Of a DNA stretch of 62,194 nt, positions 36,443 to 46,100 are shown in pieces. Source of the DNA: a virus (taxonomy: Duplodnaviria > Caudoviricetes); IMG/VR virus record IMGVR_UViG_3300032233_000294, positions 1 to 62,194 of that record; one strand, written 5' to 3'. Positions within the stretch are counted from its first letter, which is position 1; each line of letters begins with the position of its first letter. Below the pieces are notes generated by a model. It searched no databases. It was not told the origin of the DNA and saw only the letters and a program-made list of their open reading frames with translations. The translations under genes and the position numbers were made by a program.

Positions 36443-36850
36443 ATGCCCTTCTACCAAATTAGCCCTAATCAGTTACCAGAAGTGTGGCCTACTGTTGCGC
36501 CTCTTTTGCAAAAAGCAATTGATCTTGACCCTAATGAGATAACTATAGAGCAGGTTGAATATGCGGTGCGTACAGGCAAAACTTATTTGGTGGTGTGGGA
36601 AGAGCCGGGAGAAGGCATAACAGGCGCGGCAGCGGTAGACTTCATTGACTACCCACGAGAAAGAATTGGGCACGGTAATTTAATGGGCGGCAAAGGGATC
36701 ATGCGCCCACACGTTATTGCAGAAATGTACAAATGGATGAAACTTCATGGGGCCACACAAGCACAAGTGTGGGCTAGAGGTTCTCTAGTTAATATGTATG
36801 AAAAGTTTGGGCTGGAAGTCACCCACCAAGTAATGAGGATAAAGCTATGA
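36443..36850 (+). CDS. GNAT-like protein (positional analogue of P22 gp14)
   Basis: LVVW....ITGAA, MGGKG, HGATQ...WAR...YEKFG; precedes an ejection protein. Confidence 0.55.
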   Translation: MPFYQISPNQLPEVWPTVAPLLQKAIDLDPNEITIEQVEYAVRTGKTYLVVWEEPGEGITGAAAVDFIDYPRERIGHGNLMGGKGIMRPHVIAEMYKWMKLHGATQAQVWARGSLVNMYEKFGLEVTHQVMRIKL

Positions 36851-39800
36851 AAACTACCTTTTCTCGCCGCGAGTTATACGCATTTGGCGAGCCAATTGGA
36901 AATAGCGCAACTGTCAAGAAAATTGGTGGTGGGCGTATCTACGGTATGGGTGGTGGTGGCAGCAGTGCGCCGACTCAAACAACTGTTCAGAATACAAACG
37001 TCCCCGAGTACGCAAGGCCGTATGTAGAGACTATGTTGGGCGCGACCCAAGAGCAGCTATTCACAGGTGCGCGGAACCCAGACATAATAGATCCAGAGAC
37101 GGGCCAAGCTACACAAGGTACTTTTAATATTACCGGCTTTAAGCCGTATCAAGCATACGGCGGCACATACGACGCCGCAGGCAAGCAACTTACTTACGAT
37201 CCTAGTAAGGCTGTAGCAGGGTTTTCTGATATGCAGAAAGCCGCCCAGCAAGGTATTGCTGGCATGCAGATGCCCGGCGGCTTTGCTAACGCATCCAGTA
37301 TGGCTGGTGCAGCAGGTCAAGGAGGTATGGACAGCGCTGCTAAAGCTTACGGGTATGGCGCACAAGGTCAAGCATCGGGATTAATGGGTCAAAGTCTTGG
37401 TATTGCTGGCGGTCAAAAGTATGGCGAAATGGGTGCTGGCTACGGTGCTCAAGGCGCTGGCTACGGCGCACAAGCCGCAGGTTTAGCTTCTCCCGCTTTA
37501 GCTTATGGCGCTAAAGGCGCAGGTTATGGTGATACAGGAGCTGGTTACGGCGCTCAAGCTGCTCAGTTAGCTAACACCGCTTTAGGCTACGGAAAAGACT
37601 CTTCTAATATTGGGCAAATGGGTTTACGTACTGAACAGTACGGTCGTCAAGTTTCTGGCCAAGCAGAAGACTATGCACGGCAAGCTGCTGGCGCTGGAGC
37701 GCAATATGCGCAAATGGCGACTGACCCCCGAGTAACGCAAGCGCTAATGAACCCATACACACAAAATGTATTGGATGTTCAGAACAGAGAATTAGATCGC
37801 CAAGCTAGTATTGCTGGTACACAACGCGGGGCGCAAGCCGCTCGTTCGGGCGCGTTTGGTGGATCACGTCAGGCTATTGAAAATGCCGAAGCTAATCGTA
37901 ATTTGGCGGGTATGAAGACCGCTAATACGGCGCAAGCTCTTAATCAAGCTTATCAGCAGGCGCAACAGGCCCAGCAGTTCGGTGCTAACCTTAATCTTCA
38001 AGGTCTTCAAGGTGCTCAGCAGGGTCTGGGCACTGCGTTATCTGGCGGCCAGTTAGGTTTATCTGGTATTGGCACTGCGTTGCAAGGTCAGCAAGGTGCG
38101 CTGTCTGGTGTTGGCCAAGCTGGTGCTATGTACGGCCTTGGTATGCAAGGTTCTCAGACGGGCATACAAGGAACCCAAGCCGGGTTGGCTGGCGTTAATG
38201 CGGCCAATCAAGCCTATCAAGCAGGTATTCAAGGGTCTCAAGCTGGTATGCAGGGCGCGAGTATAGGGCTGCAAGGTGTAGATCGTCAACTTGCCGGTAC
38301 GGCTCAAGGTATGCAGGGCGCTCAAGTTGGCCTGCAAGGTGTGTCTGGTGCTCAAGCAGGCTATGGTCTGGCTAATCAAGCGGCATCTAATATGTCAAAT
38401 ATTGCTGGCCAGCAGCAACAAGGGCAGCTTGCTATGCTCAATGCTCAAAACACTATTGGCGCACAGCAGCAAGCTCTGGAGCAGCAGAAAATTAATCAGG
38501 CTATGCAGGACTATGCAAATGCACAGCAGTACCCTCTTATGCAGTTGGGCACTATGTCTAACATGCTCCGTGGACTGCCAATGCAAGCGTCTTCAACTCA
38601 GCAGTATCAAGCTCAGCCTAGCGCAGCGTCTCAACTTGTTGGTGCGGCTGGTGCTGGTGCGTCTCTTTATAACGCATTGAAAGCAGAAGGCGGTGTAATT
38701 AAAGGCTACGCTGGAGGCGGCATCATGTCTTACGACATGGGCGGTGAAGTTGAAGGTCAACTTGAGAACATGGACGAGAAAGGTTTGGCAACGCAAGCTA
38801 GAGAATCTACTAGTCCATCTATCCGCAGAATGGCGCAACGTATTTTGCGTGAGCGTCAAATGGGCAATAAGCCACAAGGCACAGGTCCTATGGGCGTTCA
38901 GTACCAAGCTCCTCAAGCTCAAATGCCCGCCATGCGTGGCGGTGGCATCATTGCGTTTGCTAAACCAACCGATGCAAATAATCAGAGTCTTGTTATGGAC
39001 CCTGAAAAAGGCGAAGGCGATGCTACTGGACTTGATCCATTGGGAAGAACCATGGAGCAACGCCTCGCAATGGAGCCTGCTGGCATCATGAGTGGTACGG
39101 CGGCTCCAGCAGTGCCTGCTTCTCCTAAACCTTTAGCCGATGTTGTAAAAGAAGCTACACGCCAGCGTGATATTTACTCGACTCAAGCAAACAGGTCAAC
39201 TGAGGATGTTATAAAAGAAATTCAAGCTGAACGTACTGCTTCTGGAATTGGTGATAACAAAGCGCGTGAAGATTATCGTGCTCAACAAATGGCTGAGCGC
39301 GCTAACACAAAAGACGAACAAGAACGTCAACGTTACATGCGTATGGCGGAGTTTTTTGCTTCGTGGGGATCAACTCCGGGCCCAACGCTTGTTGCTGGTA
39401 TGAACGCATTAAAGCAATCAATACCCGGAATTATTTCTGACGAAAAAGAAGCTAAGAAAGCTCGTAAAGAAGCAGACAAAATTATCTACGACATTGACGA
39501 GGCCACTCGTCTTGATAAGCTTGGCATGCACACCGAAGCTACGGCACGTAGAGAAAAAGCTGCGGGCCACGCTCAAGACTTTAATAAACAACTGCTTACA
39601 TTTCAGGCTCAAATTGAGAGTAACAAAAAAGCGCTTGAAGTTGCAGAGATTCAAGCTAAAGGGCAGCTTGATGCCGCTAATGTACGCGCAAAATCTGATT
39701 CAGCTTATAGAACGCAGACGGAGTCAAATAGAAATGAAGACCGTATATACGGTAGATATCTAGCCGCGACTAAAGAGTTTAATGATGTGGTTACCGATGT

Positions 39801-40116
39801 TGCTAGACAAGAGTCGCAAGATGCGCATAAAAACGACTTGAAGAAGTTAGAGCAATACACTATGGGGGCCAAAGACAAAAAGACTGGCGAAATTAACCCA
39901 GATAAAATTAACAAAGAATACAAAGCTCCGTATGCTGAAACTTTAAAGCGCGTTAACGACCGTAAAGAAGGATGGGCGACTGCAATTTCAAACGCCAAAA
40001 AAGAAAAAGATACTGCTTATACCCGGTATACAAATTTAGGCGGGCCAGCGGCAGCAAACAAACCAAAAGGCGCTCCTAAAGTATCATTGGACGATCCAAG
40101 TTTGCAAAAACAATAA
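36847..40116 (+). CDS. Probable DNA ejection protein, Gly/Ala/Gln-rich
   Basis: Leader plus GGGGSS; MNPYTQNV, GAFGGSR; heptad Gly repeats; four xxxGG motifs. Confidence 0.7.
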   Translation: MKTTFSRRELYAFGEPIGNSATVKKIGGGRIYGMGGGGSSAPTQTTVQNTNVPEYARPYVETMLGATQEQLFTGARNPDIIDPETGQATQGTFNITGFKPYQAYGGTYDAAGKQLTYDPSKAVAGFSDMQKAAQQGIAGMQMPGGFANASSMAGAAGQGGMDSAAKAYGYGAQGQASGLMGQSLGIAGGQKYGEMGAGYGAQGAGYGAQAAGLASPALAYGAKGAGYGDTGAGYGAQAAQLANTALGYGKDSSNIGQMGLRTEQYGRQVSGQAEDYARQAAGAGAQYAQMATDPRVTQALMNPYTQNVLDVQNRELDRQASIAGTQRGAQAARSGAFGGSRQAIENAEANRNLAGMKTANTAQALNQAYQQAQQAQQFGANLNLQGLQGAQQGLGTALSGGQLGLSGIGTALQGQQGALSGVGQAGAMYGLGMQGSQTGIQGTQAGLAGVNAANQAYQAGIQGSQAGMQGASIGLQGVDRQLAGTAQGMQGAQVGLQGVSGAQAGYGLANQAASNMSNIAGQQQQGQLAMLNAQNTIGAQQQALEQQKINQAMQDYANAQQYPLMQLGTMSNMLRGLPMQASSTQQYQAQPSAASQLVGAAGAGASLYNALKAEGGVIKGYAGGGIMSYDMGGEVEGQLENMDEKGLATQARESTSPSIRRMAQRILRERQMGNKPQGTGPMGVQYQAPQAQMPAMRGGGIIAFAKPTDANNQSLVMDPEKGEGDATGLDPLGRTMEQRLAMEPAGIMSGTAAPAVPASPKPLADVVKEATRQRDIYSTQANRSTEDVIKEIQAERTASGIGDNKAREDYRAQQMAERANTKDEQERQRYMRMAEFFASWGSTPGPTLVAGMNALKQSIPGIISDEKEAKKARKEADKIIYDIDEATRLDKLGMHTEATARREKAAGHAQDFNKQLLTFQAQIESNKKALEVAEIQAKGQLDAANVRAKSDSAYRTQTESNRNEDRIYGRYLAATKEFNDVVTDVARQESQDAHKNDLKKLEQYTMGAKDKKTGEINPDKINKEYKAPYAETLKRVNDRKEGWATAISNAKKEKDTAYTRYTNLGGPAAANKPKGAPKVSLDDPSLQKQ

Positions 40117-40125
40117 GGAGCAGTC

Positions 40126-43100
40126 ATGGCGCTAGACATTGAAAAAGCACGGGCGGCTGGCTACTCCGAGGCTGAAATTGTTGACTATTTAGGCAAAGAC
40201 TCAACCTTAGATATTGGCAAAGCTAGGGCTGCGGGGTATGACAACGCAGCTCTTATTAAGCACTTAAGCGCTCCTAAACAGGAAACGCCTAAACCTGCTG
40301 CCCCTGCTGCGCCCCCTGTGGCTACAGGTCCAAAGGGTAAAGACACCACGCAATTGTCAGACGACGATGAGACTGGCAACTTTATGCGCGGCATCTATAA
40401 CTACCTGCCACAGCTTCAAGAAACCTATGGCGGTGCAAAAGTATTTGCGGGTATGGGGTTGAAGAAGCTAGGCGCTACAGAAACTGGACAGGAGTTGATT
40501 GAAAGCGGCAAAGAGTCAATGGATGTTGGCGAGTCTAAGCAGTTGACCCGTGAGTCTGATTCTTTAACAAAAGCATTTGAAAAAGGTATTGGTACTGTTG
40601 TTACTGATTGGCTTCCATACAACATTGGTTCTGGTATTGCAAACATTGGTGAAACCCTTGCTTTTATGGGTATTGGCGCTGGCGTAGGAGCAGTGACAGG
40701 TGCGGGTGTGGGCGCGATTCCCGGCGCAATTAGCGGCGCAATATCTAAAACTCTTGTTAAAAAAGGTATTAAAGAAGCTGCTGAAACCATAATTGAGGCC
40801 GAGGCTAAAAAAGCCGTTGCCGCAGGCGCTACTAAACAAGCAGCCAAAGCTGCTGGTGAGGTTGCTGGTACTAAATTTATTGAAGCGCAAAGTAAAAACG
40901 TCCTGCTTGAAGCGAGCGAGATGGCGGCTAAAGCCTATGGAAAAGCGGGCGCTAAGTCATATGGCGCAACTGCCGCCATGGTGGGGCAAGCTGGGTTACA
41001 CGGTACGGGCGAGACTACAAGCCGTGCGGTAAATGAAGCCGAAAGAGCGGGCATGGACGTAGAAGATATTGACTACGGACGCCTTGCTACAGCAGCTGCG
41101 GTTCATAGCGTGGCCGACTTCTTCATAAACAAAATTGGCGTAAACGCGTTGAAGATTGGTGAACAAGCTACGCAGTCTTTAATTCTGGATATTGGTAAGC
41201 GTATTGCTGTAACTGGTCTCAAAGAAATCCCCGCCGAAGAAATCCAAACAATGGCTGAGCGCTATGGCGCAAACTTGTCGTTGACTGATGCAGAAGCTTT
41301 GCGTGAGTACGTTGATACCGCTGGCGCTGCGTTTGCTATGTCAGTTGGCCCCGGAACAGTAGGTGGCGCTAAAACTCATTACGTAAACAAACTTAAAAAA
41401 GCTGGCGCTGAAGCTGAAACTGCGGGGCAAACATATAAAGGAGACCTCACAGTCAACAAAGATGTTGTACCCCCAACAGCTAAAGGTTTTGATAAAGAAA
41501 GTGCTGACCTACTCATGCCTGCTTCCGATGCAGCGGGTAAGCCTATTGTTGCTAATGTCGCGGCTGCTGAAGTTACTGAGGCTACACCCGCACCTAAAAA
41601 ACCTAGAACGTCAGGTGTAGCTTTAGATTCAATTGAAGCGGCTACTGACTACGTGCAAGCACTAGATGCGGGCACTAAAAAGCCAAACACAATGCAAGTA
41701 AATGCATTGATGAAAACTTTAGGTATTGCTCCTCCAGAAAAAGGAGAAGGTTATTTGGGCCGCTCAGTTGCGGCAGTTAAAGCGCGTCTTGCAGAACAAG
41801 GAGCACCCGATGCTACAGGAACTAACATCGAAGCAGGTGGAGGAGGCCCTGATGTGGCTGCACTCACCGATACAGAGCAGGCCGCCGCAGGAGATGCTGG
41901 ATCTCAATCCCGTGGAATGGTATCTACTAGAGCAGATGCTGGGCCAAATTTGGCTAGAACAGGCCCACAGCCCCCTCCATTAATAAGCCCCGTATCGCAG
42001 CGAATCATTACGGATGAATACAACGCTGGAGCAACTCCTGCTGAACTTATTACTAAATATGGTGGTACACCAGAAGCAGCCGCCAATATTGATACGTTTA
42101 TTAAATCTCTCCCACCTCAAGGAACCACAGATGGCACTGCGACCTCTCAAGCCAAGCAAACAAAAGCGCAAGGACAAGCATCAGCAACCAGACCAGCAGC
42201 CGGATCAGTAAGCCTCGGTAGTCTTGCGCCAGAAATTCAAGAAGATATTCAGTCTCGTAGAGACACTGTCTATGAAATGGTCAGTGAAGGCGCAGGCGCA
42301 AATAAAATTGCCAATGCCTACAAAGCTTTAAACGCTTTGGAAGAGCGCCTCGGCCTAGATATTACTAAGCCTACTACGCTTAGCGCTAAACGCGATAAAC
42401 AAGGCCGCTTAAAAACTCAAGACCTCGTTGATGAGGGCGGTCAGGCAACAGCTACTGAGCAGGATAGAACGCCGGGGTATCAAGGTGATGACTTGCAAGA
42501 GGCAATGAATCTTGCGGATAAGTACGACAAACAGGAAGAGCAAGAAAAACAGAAAGCGTATGAAGAGTCTCTGGGTAAGGGTGAGTCACGTTATGACCAA
42601 GATAATTTGCCTAGTAACGCTGAAGAAAACTACGACGCCGTAGCTGAAGAGCTTAACGCGAAGGCTGAGACCGCCAACGAAACACGCAAAGGTCTTGCAG
42701 CCAAAGTAGCGGGCTTAACGCAACAGCACAGGGACGCTGTAAATGAAGTTGAGCGGCTTGAAGATGCTATTGATGCTGCTGAGCGTAACAACGACCAGAA
42801 AAAATTAGCAACTCTGCGTGAACAAGAAAGCGAAGCCAACAGCCGCGAGAGCAACTTGCTCGGCGATTTGATTGACTCGCAAACAGCACTGCAAGGACAC
42901 GGCGTTGTACAAAACCAGCTTAAACCTTGGCGCAAGCTTGACTCTACCGATAAAGACATCTACTTCGGGTACATCCGTAAAAACACGCCTGCTGAACACC
43001 GCCAAGCTGCCGCTGCACTGCTAGACGCAAAGAACAAAGCTGGCGTTAAATCTCGTGAGGGTGAGGGCAAGATGGACGCAGCGGAGCGCCGCGCTGCCCA

Positions 43101-46100
43101 AAACTACGAAGACAACCGTGCGCAGATGAGCAAGCTGCTCGGCGTTCAGTTCCCTGCATGGGAGAAGTTGTCGCCTGCCGCAAAGGCTGTGTATCTTAGA
43201 GAGATTGTTAACAACGCTGGGCAGCAGCAAGATGTGGCGTTTGCCAAACTTGGCGTTAAGCTGGTCCAAGACAACAAAGCGTTAAGCGAGCAAGAGAAAA
43301 AGCGCGATCAGAAAAACATCACTGACCGGCAAGAAGAAGTGCGCCGCAAGTCAGAAGAGCAAAACGAAAAAGACCGCAAGACCCGCGAAGCTTACGAGCG
43401 CAACAAACCGTCTGCTAGTTCCCTGCCTAACAGCGTAATTCAAATGATCATGAACAGCGACCTGCAAGGTGTGCTGGACTACATGAGCAACGCTAAGCTG
43501 GACTCTAAATCAGCGCCTACTAAGCGGATCATGAAAGCAGTGGCGCAGGCTCTTGCCGCTATGAAGCTCAACACCAAAATACAAATTGTTGAGGCCTCAA
43601 AGATTGAAGGTGACTTGGCGCAGTACGACCCAGTCAAAGACGTTATCTACATCACCAGAGAAGGCCTGAGTAGCAACACTATCCTGCACGAGATTATCCA
43701 CGCAGGTACGGTCAAGGTCATCAACGAGTACTTGTACGGTAACAAGGGCTCTCTGTCTCAGTTGCAGTTAGCTGGCGTCAGGCAGTTAGAGCGGATCATG
43801 GAAGAGACTCGTGGGTCACTTGCTGTAGATCATCCTGAGGCATACAGAAAAATTAAAGTAGACGGAAAAGAAAAACTTAACCTGTTTGAGTTTGTGTCTT
43901 ATGCTTTGACTAGCGCTCAACTGCAACAAGACTTGCATGATGAGTCTGTCGCGGGTGCTGGCGCAGAACGCTTGCTTAAAGGTGTTTACGGCAAAGAAAA
44001 CACTATCACAGAAACTATTGGCAAAATTCTGCCTACGGACAAGTCTCAGTGGTCTAAGTTCAAACTAGCTATTGCGCGTATTCTTAAAGTGCGTGATGAG
44101 TATTTGACTAAAGGCAAGTTGGACAGAACTGCTGACACCAACTACTTAATGGAGATTGCGGCGGCGTTTGAAGACATCCTTGTCAAACCAACTGAGCCAA
44201 TCTATCTTCCAGTGCTACCGGCTAAGAAAGCTGCCGCCCCTGCTAAAGCGCCTAAGCAAGCGCCTAAATTTCAAACGTCTGGGTTGTATGAAAAAGACAA
44301 GTCCTACAAATTAAGTAACAAAGAGAAGCATGGCCTAGACGTTGAAGGTGACCTATCAACAATAGGCCGCGTTAAACGCGCTTTTAGCCGTCATGGCTGG
44401 AGAGACTTTGTTACTAAAGTGCAGAGTCGGCGTCATCACATTCGCGCCTATGAAAATGAATTAGCTATGGCGGGGTTGCTTGTGCGCGATCCAACCTTGG
44501 CATTTAATAACGTCAGTGAAAAACAAGACTTAGCTATAAATCAAGGCGTCCGATACGCTATTGATTATTTGCAGCAGCCCCTGCAAAAACTGCATGAGAG
44601 TTTTAGCGACTGGTTAACATCAACTAATCAAAATACCGAAGCGGGTCTTGAGCAGTTTCATAAATTAGGGGAGATGTTTGGGGCAACTGAAAAGCGTTTT
44701 ACTAAGTGGTTAATGTTTGTGCCGTTAAGTAAAATACAAAATTTAATTCACAATGGTAAACCAATCAGCGCCGCTGAGCGCCGCATTGCTCTTGTGGGCG
44801 ACCCACGTACAGGAGTAGATGGATTAATTCATAGAGTTAAATTAAATGCTCAACAAATGGCAGCTATTAATAAAGAGCTAGAGTACCTCGCTACTAATCA
44901 TAATGATCCATTTGGTGATAGTCCTCGCATCAGCGAAAAAATGCGTATACGATTTGCTAAACCCGGCTCAAAACACAAGGGCTTAGATGTTGATATGGAC
45001 AAGCCAATCTTCAACGCTCTTGGTATTGAAAAAGTTACGGTAGATAAACGCATGGCTGAATTTCTAGCAAAAAGTCCAGAAGAACAAGCGTTAATTAAAG
45101 AAATATTTGCTCAAGTAAAAATTGTTACTGACGCCACCGCCAAGCTTAATGAAATTGGAAACTACTGGTCAATGCCTGTATCCAACATTGTAGGCATCTA
45201 CAACTACCAATACTACATGCCATTTAAAGGTCTGTCTAAGCATAGCAAAGCGGATGACATGATTGACCCCAACAGCAAAATGAATGGCGCTGAATTGCAG
45301 GATGAAATTCATTCAGCAGAAGGGCGTTTCTCTACGTCAGATAACCCGCTGTTACAGACTATCTACGACGGCTATAGAGCGGCTAGCCGTGCTGGGCGTA
45401 AAGACTTTACGCAGGCTGTTGAGAATGCTGTTGAGCCAACTACTAAAAAAGACGCATACAACCCAACAGGTACGGGCATTATTGTCGGTAGGGTTGTTAA
45501 AACAGTTCCATTTTGGGAACGCGATACTACGGACCTTTCTAAATACAAAGGGGCCAATAGCAAGTACATGTTTAACTACAAAGCCGATGGTTCTATGAAT
45601 ATCATCGCTATCGACAACCCTAAGTTGTTGCAAGCTATTCGTTACCCATTCCAAGAAAAAACTCCGCTGTGGGACGCCGCTAATCGGATAACAGGATTTT
45701 TTGGATCAATGCATACGCGATTTAACTACAACTTTGCGCCAAAAGACTTTGTAGTAAATACATTGACCAATGCTTGGGTTGGGGCTACAAATGAAATAGT
45801 TGGCCCATTAGGTTCTGTTGCGTATTTAAAAGATGTAGCTATGTCGGTTGCTAGAAACGGTCTTAGCAAAGCAATGAATATTGCTGTGTTGCATGAGATT
45901 GGAAACGCTGGCAGTAAAAAAATTATGAGTGATATGGCGGCAAAAGATTCGTTTGTCCGCGACATGCTTGAGATGATTAGGTACGGCGGCAAGAGTACTT
46001 ACATGGAAAGCTTCTCTTTAAAGTCAAATCTTGAGAACCTCAGTCAGAATTCTTTTGGTAAAAACAACATCATCACTGACCCTATTAGCGCAACTAAATT

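Noticed and set aside
34635-40116. Tape measure protein of a long-tailed phage
   Set aside because: The GPGDG.SD.IPA domain recalls tape-measure C-termini, but no tail tube, sheath or frameshifted chaperone is recognisable and the gene order follows P22-like podoviruses
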